From the NCBI GenBank assembly GCA_000182565.2, contig KQ257461.1: a stretch of DNA of 64,000 nt, one strand, 5' to 3'. The position numbers and the translations under genes are program-made. Under the pieces are notes generated by a model. It was not told the origin of the DNA and did not search any database. It worked only from the letters and a program-made list of their open reading frames with translations. This document shows, one piece after another, positions 40,501 to 52,931 of the stretch (the first letter of the stretch is position 1; every line of letters starts with the position of its first letter). Source of the DNA: Spizellomyces punctatus DAOM BR117 (taxonomy: Eukaryota).

Positions 40501-41276
40501 TTGAATAAGAGACAGGAAGATGCGGGATGGAGATTAGTACAATATCACTCGTGGCAGCAATGTCGCAAATGGCGGTCTTTGCATGCAGTATATTCGGGTC
40601 ATTCATGTTTCATTCATAAATTTGGATTATCCATCTATACTCTCGTCGTATATGTTTGAAAGGATCCGCTTGCCAGAGAGATTATAGGTAACATAATGAA
40701 GATATGTATGATGGATCAAATACGATTGTATCGCTCACTTGGGCTGCATTGGCATCAGGTGAATCGAACACACGGAGCATATCGAGCAAGTATACTACAG
40801 AACTGTACAAAGTGTTAGCCCCATGGTGGCAACGTTTCTCCAACACCTTATCTGATCGGCCCGAAATGGTAGCAAGTCAATTCCCGACCCACAGGCTTAA
40901 ACCTCAGCGTCGTTTTCATGAGGTGGCAGTTTCAGTGCAATTTGGACATGGGAACGTCTCCCCAATCTCCATAGGTTCCGCACTCTCTGCAATGCAAGAT
41001 GGCCGTACATCCGGAGGTATCATTCTTTTGCCTGCATGTGCGCAGCCTGTGCCATACCTGCAAAACGCCCCCCGCCCAGTTTACTTTTGCTATTGGAAAC
41101 TGGATGGCTCACGCCTTCAATGTCAAATGTCGCAAAGGGCGAACGCCAGTTTATTTTTGTTATTTGCCTATGCCGCCGTTATGCCATATGAAGCTTCGCA
41201 GCTATAAAAGGGGAGCAGTGTCCCAACGCAGCAGCGACCCATCACCACAACGGCAGCAACGACACATCACAGCAGC

Positions 41277-41919
41277 ATGCCTTGTAACGCCCAAGTGGGC
41301 CTGCGTCCGCCATACGTCTTCCAAAGATCGATACTTTCGAACTGGATGGCCCTTTACCAACGATCCCATATGGCCACAACTGCTGCAAGTGATTGCCGGC
41401 TCACTGGATGGGCACACGCTCATCGATACCTTGCACCTGCAAGGTTACGGATATTTCGTGTCTGATAGACATTGCCCGACTCGACCAAGGATGTCACAGC
41501 GGTTGGAATCCAATGCATGCGGAGTTCCAATAGACAATGCAGTACCCGCATTGCTTCACCGAGGTAACTGCAGATATGCATCCACTTTTCTGACACGGCT
41601 TCTGTTGAATCACGGACTTGTCTTGGCGCCATTCTTTGCATCCATCGTGGAACGGCGACTATACGGTCAAGTAGCGGCATTTTTTACGATTCCATGGGTC
41701 AGCCCTACAACGTCGATAGCGTTACCGACGGCAATTGGACCGCAGCTGATGCGAAATACATCCGCATTTACCAGAATCGTCGATCAGCTACCAGCGAATT
41801 CCGAGAGCGAATTCGACGGCATCGTCTTTCATCCGCGCGATTTGAACGGGATAGGCTGCTTAGACTGGAAAATGCATACAGAGGTTAGCGGGGAATCCGT
41901 AACTAGACATCTTCGATAA
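41277..41919 (+). pseudogene. Frameshifted paralog of the 22.4 kb gene; further relics at ~43.96-44.3 kb and ~59.1-59.3 kb
   Basis: TATAAAA at ~41203; MPCNAQVGLRPPYVF / NDPIWPQLLQVIAGSLDGHT aligns with CNARQGVFRPYTF / NSPVWQELVNAIVNDLPAHT. Confidence 0.5.
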
Positions 41920-42810
41920 AGCGGACGGTGCTGTGAGTGCTTCGGACCATAGGACGTGTCATAGGAAGCTTGGATAATGCGCGATAAAGACCACCAGTAC
42001 TTGGCGCATTTACCCAGATCTAGATAATCGCCGGTCGATGAAGGATCTTTCTTGCTGATATTATCCGCGCTTTCTTTGGACGTGTTTGATATCATTGATA
42101 CGCGACGGGAGATGGCGGACAGTAAATCCTCACTTCGGTTCAACATTTCACACTCCATCAAGATAGTTTCCAATAAAATATTATATGAGTAACTGTGATT
42201 TAATGGTAGTAGTTATAAGATTTATTTTCTACTATTCGGAATTCACATAGTACAGTAATACCAATATAGTAGTTAGAGAATATCTAACTTATACTGTAAG
42301 TTTGACCGTACACATTTAGTCCGAGGGGTAGGCAATCCCAGTGATGATGCCCTACAAGTAGACAGGATTTCCCCCAGGTCACCCAGGTCAGAGAGCGGGA
42401 CACATCACCAATGATACCTGTTTCTGAATCCAGCGCTATTTTTGAGGGTACGACTTGGACAAGCCAGGTTGTCCCAACATGCTGACTAGTTCTTGGCTTG
42501 TGTTCAACTGATCATTGCATTCCATCAACGCCTTCCCGTCTTCTTTTCGTCATTCGTCAAACATGGATATCGGTCAATTATGGGAGATGTCGATCGAGTC
42601 GCGACTATGATGTTGCTAGGCAACCAATACGGAACATCGGAAATCGGAAGTCGGAAAGTATCGGCACGTAATGGAATCTGATTGGCTGACAGACACGTGA
42701 TGTTTTTTTTCACGACTATATAAGGAGACCCCCGCGCGTTCTCCCCATCAATGTACTTCTCCCCTCCACCACACCAACAACGACCGTCGCCGGGACGGAC
42801 TTCTTCTCAG

Positions 42811-43219
42811 GTGGGTGGGGGACAACCATGGTTGCTGGATCGGGCTGCAATTTTGAAGTCCTGCTGCGGCTGCAGCACGTTATCTCCATTGGCCTGCCAC
42901 GGCATCTCCGGGCTCTTGAGCTGTTGGGGCTGTTTGAGTTGTCGCGGCTGTGGGTGGTCTGGGGGTAGCGCGTTGCGGTATCTGTCGGGGATGGAGGGTT
43001 GCAGTCAACCTGCTGGGGCTGCTGCACGTTATTCTTTAGGGGCCTGCCACGGCATCTCCGGGCCTTTTGGCTGTCGCGGCTGTGGGTGGTCAGGGGGTAG
43101 CGCGTTGTGGTATCTTTCGAGGTGTGATCTTGGCCCTGCTGGGTCGGCAAGTCTACTTGTGGCATCGGTGTATCATGGTCTTATATGGCGCGAGCTAACC
43201 CCTACCCGCAGTCTTTTAG
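42811..43219 (+). ncRNA. Intron with two family 2 hairpin units (paralog of 38929-39603)
   Basis: Same X-box/TATA promoter, exon 1, donor GTGGGT, branch GCTAAC and acceptor; stem variant CAGCACGTTA/TAGCGCGTTG. Confidence 0.6.
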
Positions 43220-44703
43220 GTATCCATCATCAAGAGTGGTTCACCGCAACTGTTCAACGGAAGTTGTGCAAAAAAGATTGTGTTCAGTTTTGGGGAGCGT
43301 GCTGTGTAGAATCGACTTTGTAAAATATGATTTTTAATACATTGATTCCTGATCTCAAATCTCCAAGATTTCCTCTTTGAATTGTCCTATTGATGCGGTT
43401 ACTGCCTTGGATTTTGCTTTCTACTTTCCATTTCCATCACATCGTTTCCATCATGCGAGATGCTGCGCATTCGACAATGTGTCAATTTCTGTCAGTAAAT
43501 GTAAAGTATTGTTCGATGCATGCGTGCTGGAGGAGGAGAAGCCGGTCAGCCGACAATTGACTCGATAAAGGATGCCCACTCGTTTCGAACGCCACCACCT
43601 CCACCACAGTAGCCCGCACCAGCAGGATGACAAACTTCAGAATATAGAATTCTTCCCCAAATCAGCGTCCATGGGAAGAGCGTTAGTACGGATAGCAAGG
43701 AGTCCAACGACAAATGATTAGTGCGCATCCTACAGGACCGATTCTAAGGCCGCAAGGGAAGGTTAAATGGGCATACTGCCGGGTTCTCAAACGAGGGCAG
43801 GGACCGCCAATCAAGTCTATTCTCTGCCCAACTGACTTGCAATCAGCATCAAACGGGGGCTTTTGCTGAGCAGTAGTATCAGCGGGTTTGTTAGCAGACA
43901 AGGCTAAAAAACGATCTATGCCCGAATGCCAAGAAAAACTACTCTCATTCAGCAGCTTTGCGATTATGAAAGGTAGGCCGCTTCAGCGGACTCCAAACAC
44001 TACGGCGGCAACATCCCAACGACACCACCAACAAAAATCGCATCATATCGGCGACCATGCGGATATGAGCTGAGCAAACGCTGCATGTGCAAGGTGACGG
44101 ACGTGTGTCATGGTTGATCGAGAGCGACCGTCTGGGTCAATACTCAAAACCATGTGTGTGGAGAGAAACGCATGCAGAGTTCCAATAGACAAGGCATTGC
44201 TCCACATTGGCCGCTTAAAACGATGTTTCTCCAATCGTCGCTCGATCGAACATGGTCTAGATGCAGTATCCCCAAAACCGTTCGCCTGCTGCGACAATTC
44301 GCATCTCTGAACGATTCTTGCAATGGACTATACGCAGCGATCCACGACGTAGCTGGCTGCAAAGTGTGTTTCCGATCACACCAATATCAAAGAGCGTGGC
44401 AATAGTATTCATTCACGATGGGAGTCCTGTTGTGCAAACATCTGTAGATATGTTGATCCAGAAATTTGCTAGGCTTTCAGATTAACAATCCCCACGCCGA
44501 ATGAGCAAAAACTTATGTGACAATTGCGAGACATGCGGAAGGAGTATGATGTTATCGCCACTTAACCAGCGATGCTTATGTTACCGCCTTGGTACCGTTC
44601 TTTGTTATGCACAGCAGCAATTTGTGAATACCCGTTTCATTAGCAAAAGAAATATCGTAAAATGTAGAGTCCACCTCTCAAAAGTTATTCCTACAATTGC
44701 AGA

Positions 44704-44774
44704 TGCATTGGCCGAGAATCGAACTCGGGTCTACCGCGTGGCAGGCGGTAATTATACCACTAAACCACCAATGC
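44704..44774 (-). tRNA. tRNA-Gly(GCC)
   Basis: Reverse complement of the 26736-26806 copy. Confidence 0.9.
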
Positions 44775-44961
44775 TCGATAAAAAACAGGGAATGCGTGAA
44801 AAGACAACTTGTATGATAAAAATACAATCTCACGATCACTTTAACCTAATTAGTATAATATGAATATCCAAGCCACACGTGGCAATCCCGACCTTTGATA
44901 ACGTGGGAAAACTGACTTTCTCTTGCCCATCTCCCCATCTTTCTTACATTTGCAACATAAG

Positions 44962-45275
44962 ATGAGTGACACCGTTAACGAGACTTCTGCTTCCAAAGTG
45001 AGTATTCAACTCCAGAGTTCCCCTCGGTAGTTGAAGACCGCCTTTGGCGGTGGGAACGGTTCCCGCTAGCTTGTCTGTGCGGCCATCCTGGGCAGGGATC
45101 TGTGTTCGCACCACCTCGGCTGGGATCACCGTATGGGGTCATTCCAGTCCGAGCACACGTTTATATTAGCAGCTTGGCTTTCAACTTCAAACTTATGTCA
45201 ACTTGGCTTTTTAAACATTCTAGCGCCGTGAGTTTGAGAGGATCAAGCTCGAACTGTTTCAAAAAGGCTTTGCTG
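44962..45275 (+). pseudogene. Truncated N-terminal paralog of the nuclease gene with family 1 RNA in its intron (44998-45223)
   Basis: MSDTVNETSASK|GTGAGT...TTCTAG|RREFERIKLELF resembles nuclease exon 2 RRMDFDKIKSSLL; the intron contains GAAGACCGCC...CCAGTCCGAGCAC. Confidence 0.65.
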
Positions 45276-46172
45276 CGCTCAGAGATACGTCCTCTGGCTT
45301 CAAGGACCTGGCGGCAACCAATCGGTTGTATGCCGAATGGTTGACAAGAACAAGGTTCGCACCTTTAATAAATTGATTGTGATTTTGGTTCATATATATT
45401 GTTGGTTTGAATAGGCCACTTGAGGAGGAGAGTTCGTCGTCCTCGGACACTGAACATCAAATAACCCAATTACAAAAAGGCCTTGCTGCTCATAAAGAAA
45501 TAGCGCGGGCTGATTTGCTCTATGCACAAGCGGTAGTTGGCCTAAGGTTCGCACCTTTGATAAATTGATTGTTATTTTGGTTCATTATATTGTGTTTTGA
45601 ATAGGCCACTTGAGGAGGAGAGTCCGTCTTCCTCGGACACTGAACAGCAAGAAAACGTGTCCTCTGAGCACACCTGCGCCTCATGAAAATGGTATGTCCT
45701 CTTGTTCCTATTGTTCCTTTGCTAGATCTCGGCAATCCTAAGCGGCTAGTTTAGTTCACTCTATTATTGTGGTGTATTTTTTTCTCTAAAATACACATAT
45801 TAGCATGATCAACATGTTGAGATGCTTCTATACAATCTGACAAAAGGACACAATAATCTTGCTTCTCATTGCGCGTCTAGTACAGCATCTGAGTTTGCTG
45901 TTAGAGATGCGCGTAGAATAGCAAATATTGCCCGGTTCTTACAGAGCCCATATACGGAATTATTATCCAATGCATACAGAATACTGCAACCAGTTTACAA
46001 TGTTTCAAAGCATGTAAAATCAGTCGATAATATGTAGAAAAGTAGAGGAAAACAGCTGGTGGATGAACATGCGCGATGTCCAATTATCCTTTGGTCATGT
46101 GGGATCATGTGAGAAGATCAGAGGTCAATATAGAAGTCCACAAGTCTTGTAAACGCGTCCAGCATTTGCAAG

Positions 46173-46790
46173 ATGAGCGACATTCCCACCCACAAAGAGC
46201 ACAAGGAATCGCTCAAAAGAGCAGCAGAAGAAGCAGGGACCTTGCAACGCGATGAGGAGGGGCGCAAGAAAGCCCGCGCCAAGTCTGTGAGTATTCAAGA
46301 TTTCCCCTCGGTAGTTGACGACCGCCAATGGCGGTGGGAAAGATCCCCGCGGCTTGTCTGTGCGGCCGTCCTAGGCGGGCCCGTGTATTCGCACCACCTG
46401 TTCGACTGTGAGATCGCCGTATGGAGTCATCCAGTCCGAGCACTCGATTACAGTTGCTCAATTTTGCATTCAACATTTTAGCCCCGAGATGAGTTTGAGA
46501 AAATCAAGCTCAGCCTTTTACAACAAGGCCTTGCTGTTCATGACAAGGTTGCGTCGGCGCAGGACAAGTTGGCGGAGGCTAACTTGCTCTATGCACAAGC
46601 GGTAGCTGGCCTAATGTTCGCACCTTTGATAAATTGATTGTGATTTTGGTTCATTATATTGCGTTTTCAATAGGCCACTTGAGGAGGACAGTGCATCGTC
46701 CTCGGACAGTGAAGAGCAAGAAAACGTGTCCTCTGAGAAGCGAAAGGACTCACTGAGCAAATCTGAAGAAGCTCATCCTCTCAAAAACGG
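46173..46790 (+). pseudogene. Truncated N-terminal paralog with family 1 RNA intron (46287-46481)
   Basis: MSDIPT... versus nuclease MSNVPT...; donor GTGAGT; exon 2 DEFEKIKLSLL; no nuclease domain follows. Confidence 0.65.
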
Positions 46791-47289
46791 TATGGCCTCG
46801 TTTGTTTTGGCTAATACGCTATTAGCTGTATACATGGCACTTATTGTGCTTGACTAGATCTCGGACTGGTTAGTTTAGTCTGTTGGGGTTTCTGTAAAAC
46901 AATGATAAATCAAGTTAGCCCGCACATTTCGATTGGAAGCGACCGACAGCTTTGGTCCATTTCTTTCATACTAGAATAGCAAATATTGCGGGGTTCCTGC
47001 ATATACAGAAATTATTATCCAATGCATAGAAAATACTGCAACCAGTTTACTGTAGAGGAAAACCGCTGGTGGCCGTCCGAATACCACTCCTATACCGTTA
47101 ACTACCAATATGCAGATTGCAATGCATTCAATCAATTAAATGCGCACAGTCACTGGCCGCATCTCATAAGTCACGTTAACTAAATGATTGCAATCTTAAT
47201 TGCAGTGTGTCATTGGTTAAACGGTAGTGGAGCAAGGTATAAAAGTCGAGTTTGGATTGGAAATTGAAAACGCGTCCAACATTTGCAAG

Positions 47290-47620
47290 ATGAGCGACAT
47301 TCCCACCAGCGAAAAGTACAAGAAATTACCCAAAAGAGCAACAGAAGAAGGGGGTACCTTGCAACGCGATGAGGAGGGGCACAAGAAAGCCCGCACCAAG
47401 TTTGTGAGTATTCAGCTCAAGTGTGCATCTCGGTAGTTGACGACCGCCAATGGCGGTGGGAACTGTACCCCGCTAGCTGTGAGGCCGTCCTTGGCAGGGG
47501 CCCGTGTATTCGAACCACCTGTCCGGCTGGGATCACCGTTCATCGCATGGGGTCATCCAGTCCGAGCACTCGTAATAGTTGCAGCTTTGATACTCATATG
47601 GTCAATTCTCAGCACTGGAC
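47290..47620 (+). pseudogene. Truncated N-terminal paralog with family 1 RNA intron (47404-47612)
   Basis: TATAAAA ~47238, ACGCGT, MSDIPTSEKY..., donor GTGAGT, RNA element copy. Confidence 0.65.
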
Positions 47621-49023
47621 CAATAAAGTGATTCTCGATACTCTGAACGAACATAGGTTTGCTGCGCAGATATAATGTCTTTTATCTCGATACTTAAATC
47701 ATAATATTTGCATAGGCAAAAGGACAGCAAACCTCTGCTTAAAAAATGAACGGTATGGCCTCGTTTGTTTTGGCTAGTACGCTATTAGCTGTATACATGG
47801 TACCTATTGTTCCTTGACTAGATCTCGACATGCTTAGTTTAGTCTGTTTTTGTAGTTTCTTTGATTCCAAAATACACCTACAGTACTGGCATGATTCATA
47901 TGATCAGATGCAATCTCGATTGGGCACGACCGACAACTTTGATCCATTCCTCTCATGCTCGAATAGCAAATATTGCCGAGTTTGTTACAAAGTGCATATA
48001 CAGAAAGTATTAGAAAATACTGCAACACTTTGTACAACTCGAGTCGAGTATGTGATGGGACACCACACAGCGGTTAAGATTTGTAATTTCTTCCATTGTG
48101 GGTTCGTTGTGGTTGCATTCATTCAAATCGCTATTTCATAGCAATTGCTAAGGCGATATGGCCATGCCATCAAACCTGGTTTAACGCATGCTGCTGTGTT
48201 TCTGCTGTCTACCCGTTATCTGTCCCATCATATATTCGATAGGAGTTGTAGTGGTGGGCTTCTTGCACAGCGCTTGAAGTGGAGGAACGAGATGAAGAGC
48301 GAGCTGCGAGCATTGAAGACGTGGAACACCATATGTCACTTTCAAAATGGACACCCAGGAGGCTATTTTTTTGGTCTTCTTCGAAAGGTAAACGTGAAGG
48401 TGGGTTGACATACGGTGCACCCAGATATTTTCCGCACCTCTAGCAAATAACCCCGTGAATGCATCCATATGAATAATGACGATAAAACTAGGCGAGATTG
48501 TTATTTAAGAAGTGCAAATGTTCATCTGTTAACGCACTAGGCTTGGCCCACCCCCACCCACCCCACCACCCACCCCGCCAATGAGGAGTCTTTTGAGGTA
48601 CGCGACCGGGTCGTGAAATGAACGTGAATTGAAAGCAGGAGGCGATGCAGTCCAGGTTCCAGGCATGGGAGGTACAGTCGGTTGACCAGGGTAGCCCCCC
48701 AGACATTGATGGAGGATTTCCAGAGAGCGGTGACTTCGTCCCAGAGTACATGGTGCATAAGAACTCTCTGGGGTACTTTGGCGGATACGAGGACGTCGAT
48801 GCATACCTTCAGTCCCGTTCCCGCTGGACGGGTAAGGGAACGCGTAAGGTAATGGATACCATGTTCTGTTCTTAGGCGCGGTTCAGAATAAATGAAATGG
48901 TGCGGCGCGTTTGCTTTGCAATGACTCGGTACGGTTTGCGCAGGGCTGTTGCCGTTTAAACCACAAAGGAATGGTCAGAATTCTGCAGGGAAAGACAAGG
49001 TACAACACAATACGAAAACTCAC

Positions 49024-51708
49024 CATCATATCCCGAACAAAAAAGGGAGAGCGCACTAGACATGTTGTAAAACGGAAAAAATGGTCTTAGTATACAGAGT
49101 TTAAAGCGTGAAAATCAACGCTGCATCTATCATCGAGTGCTCGGACTGGATGACCCCATACGGTGATCCCAGCCGGACAGGTGGTACGAATACACAAACC
49201 CCTGCCCAGGACGGCCTCACAGACAAGCTAGCGGGGACCGTTCCCACCGCCGTTAAGCGGTCTTCAAAGCACATACTCGCATAGCGGACTGGATGACCCC
49301 ATACGGTGATCCCAGCCGGACAGGTGGTACGAATACACAAACCCCTGCCCAGGACGGCCTCACAGACAAGCTAGCGGGGACCGTTCCCACCGCCAAAAGG
49401 CGGTCTTCAACTACCGAGGAGGACACTTGACGTGAATACTCACCGCAGGACAAGGCTTGCTCAGGCCGACAGAACAAGTCACGGTTCTCGAGTGGTCCCT
49501 ACGAGGATATGTTGTAAAAATGGAAAATACTGGTATCAGTATACAGAATTTAAAGCGTGAAAATCAACGCTGGAACTATTAATGAGTGCTCGGACTGGAT
49601 GACCACCATACGGCGATCTCAGCCGGACAGGTGATGCGTATACACAGACCCCTGCCTAGGACGGCCGCACAGACAAGCCGCGGGAACCGCTCCCACCGCC
49701 AAAAGGCGGTCTTCAACTACCGAGGAGGAGACTCGACTTGATACTCACCGCAGGACAAGTCTTGCTCAGGCCGACAGAACAAGTCACGTTTCGCGGGGTT
49801 CTGTGACAATATGTTGTAAATGCAGAAACATGATATTAGTATGAAGTCGAAAACTTGCAATTCAAACTGTACTATAATAGAGGTGCTTGGACTGGATGAC
49901 CACCATGCGATGAACAGTGATCCCAGCCGGACAGGTGGTACGTATCCACAGACCACAGACCCCTACCTAGGACGGCCTCACAGACAAACCGCGGGAACCG
50001 TTCCCACCGCCGTTAAGCGGTCTTCAAAGCACATACTCGAATAGCGGACTGGATGACCACCATGCGATGAACGGTGATCCCAGCCGGACAGGTGGTACGT
50101 ATCCACAGACCACAGACCCCTGCCTGGGACGGCCTCACAGACAAGCCGCGGGGACCGTTCCCACCGCCAAAAGGCGGTCTTCAACTACCGAGGGCAACTC
50201 TTGAGTTGAGTACTCACCGCAGGACAAGTCTTGCTTGCTTTGGCCGACGGAACAAGTCACGCTTCGCGATGTCCTGTGACGATATGTTGTAAAATGGAAA
50301 CAAAATTGGTATTAGTACAGAGTTAAAGCGTGGAAATCAAATCTGCAACTACAATCGAGTGCTCGGACTGGATGACCCCATGCGATGAACGGTGATCCCA
50401 GCCGGACAGGTGGTACATATCCACAGACCACAAACCCCTGCCTAGGACGGCCTCACAGACAAGCCGCGGGGACCGTTCCCACCGCCGTTAAGCGGTCTTC
50501 AAAGCACATACTCGAATAGCGGACTGGATGACCCCATGCGATGAACGGTGATCCCAGCCGGACAGGTGGTACGTATCCACAGACCACAAACCCCTGCCTA
50601 GGACGGCCTCACAGACAAGCCGCGGGGACCGTTCCCACCGCCCAAAGGCGGTCTTCAACTACCGAGGAGGACACTTGAGTTTGAAATACTCACCGCAGGA
50701 CAAGTCTTGCTTAGGCCGATGAACAAGTAACTGTTCGTGCGATCCCTGTGCGGATATGTTGTAAAACGCAAACAAAATTGGTATTAGCACAGAGTTTAAA
50801 GCGTGAAGATTAAAGCTGCAACTATAACGAGTGCTCGGACTGGATGACCCCCATACGGGAACCTCAGCCGGACAGGTGGTTCGAATACACGGGCCCCTGC
50901 CAGGGACGGCCTCACAGACAAGCTAGCGGGTAACCGTTCCCCCGCCGTTAAGCGGTCTTCAAAGCACATACTCGAATAGCGGACTGGATGACCCCCCATA
51001 CGGGAACCTCAGCCGGACAGGTGGTTCGAATACACGGGCCCCTGCCAAGGACGGCCTCACAGACAAGCTAGCGGGGTACCGTTCCCACCGCCCAAAGGCG
51101 GTCTTCAACTACCGAGGAGGACACTTGAGTTGAAACTCACCGCAAGACAAGTTTTCCTAACAACGACGCCACGATTGGAGTGGTCCCTGTGAGGATATGT
51201 TGTAAAATGGAAACAAAATTGGTATTAGCACAGAGTTTAAAGTGTGAACATCAACGCTGCATCTATCATCGAGTGCTCGGACTGGATGACCCCATACGGT
51301 GATCCCAGCCGGACAGGTGGTACGAATACACAAACCCCTGCCCAGGACGGCCGCACAGACAAGCTAGCGGGGACCGTTCCCACCGCCGTTAAGCGGTCTT
51401 CAAAGCACATACTCGCATAGCGGACTGGATGACCCCATACGGTGATCCCAGCCGGACAGGTGGTACGAATACACAAACCCCTGCCCAGGACGGCCGCACA
51501 GACAAGCTAGCGGGGACCGTTCCCACCGCCCAAGGGCGGTCTTCAACTACCGAGGAGGACACTTGAGTTTGAAATACTCACCGCAGGACAAGTCTTGATG
51601 CAGATGTGCGTACGCCGGCTGCGCATCGCTTGTGGGGGTGGACTGCTCATCTTGCAAGAGTTCGACGCGTTATGAAAGGGGGGGTGCGGATCATTTCGGG
51701 CTTTTATA
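49024..51708 (-). ncRNA. Spliced non-coding host transcript: six repeated introns carrying 11 copies of the family 1 structured RNA
   Basis: TATAAAA 51708-51702. Introns 51581-51187, 51140-50746, 50693-50274, 50217-49801, 49748-49499 and 49443-49056, each GTGAGT...YAG. Exons of 46/52/56/52/55/32 nt; the spliced frame from ATG 51650 stops after ~32 codons. Confidence 0.75.
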
Positions 51709-52709
51709 CCCATTTGGGCGTGATTCCACGTGATCGGGCATGCGGATTGGACGCGCGTCTACTTTACAAAATAACCTTGAAAACACATGACCGTGATGCG
51801 TGTCAGTCCCACTTAAGGTATACTTACAGTACCGAGTGGGTGAGAACAAGCAAGTAATGCAATAATGCATCTATATATACACGGAATGCGTGAAGACTGA
51901 ATACTGTAGTATTATATGTAAGACTTTTTTTCGCACAATACAGAACATAGGGAAGTGCTTCCATTGGATACAAGTAGGAGTATACTTGCCATTAGATACA
52001 AGTAACAATAAGCTGCATCTCCTGTCAAAGTGCGTTGGGCGCACGCATTCTGGTGGGGCTTAGAAGACTAAGCGGGCTCTAAAAGCCGGCGCTGCATGGC
52101 AACTCAAGACAATGTGTCCATATTGTAAGTATAACCCCAGATCTCAATTAGACATGGCCTTGATTAGAATAACAAATATTGCCGTGTATGATTATCAAGA
52201 TGGATGATGGATACAAACCGCTTGCCTGGTAGCATGTCGTAAGCATTGGGTAAGGACATTCTAGCCAATCACCGTCCAGCCTGGCCCAACGTGGTCCAAC
52301 AAAATTTACGCGTCCACAAATTGGCCCAGTGTAACGTATCTTGTCTCCCAAAATGCACAGGTTCCAATGCATTTCACTCTGATTACTGCCGATTGTAGTG
52401 TGATTCCACATGACCATACGCGCGTACAAAAATGTTATTGACCCATTTAACGCATATCGTTTATTCACCTGGACAAGCGACAGGAATGATGCATACTCAA
52501 CAACGTCCATATGCCGTGTATTTACACATGTAATTCACATCTAATCACTTATCCGCTGCATGCATGATAGCTACGCTATGATAGCTGGATACATTCATCC
52601 GATATGTGGTTCGAAATACTTACATGTACACCTTTCAGCTGCGCAAAAGATAGGGTAAGATTGATAATCACACATGCGTTCTTTTTGTATAAAAGGATGA
52701 AGGTCCCCA

Positions 52710-52930
52710 TTCCCCCTCGCTCTCGTTCTTGTTGTCTCTCTTCTTCTCTCTTCTCTCACTTACGCTCTCTTACGCTCTCTCCCTCTCTGTGGATCTCTCT
52801 CTCTCTCTCGACACACACACACACACAGTCGTAACTCGTTTTTGTTTTCTTTTGCGTTTGTTTTTGTCTCTCTCTCTCTATCTCTCTCTACTCTCTACTC
52901 TCACGCTTCTCTCTTCTCTCTTCTCTACAG
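52710..52930 (+). repeat. CT/CA microsatellite-rich 5' UTR and UTR intron of the nuclease gene
   Basis: TATAAAA ~52688, (CT)n and (CA)n tracts, acceptor CTACAG at 52930 immediately before the ATG. Confidence 0.6.
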
Positions 52931-52931
52931 A

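Noticed and set aside
48645-48875. 76-aa ORF converging on the RNA array
   Set aside because: Plausible composition but no recognisable homology or supporting gene structure.
49436-49450. U1 snRNA-like 5' end (ATACTCACCGCAGG) on the plus strand
   Set aside because: It is simply the reverse complement of the minus-strand GTGAGT splice donor; no U1 stem-loops follow.
49100-51600. CRISPR array
   Set aside because: Repeats are 130-150 nt inside spliceosomal introns, spacers are related to each other, and there are no cas genes.
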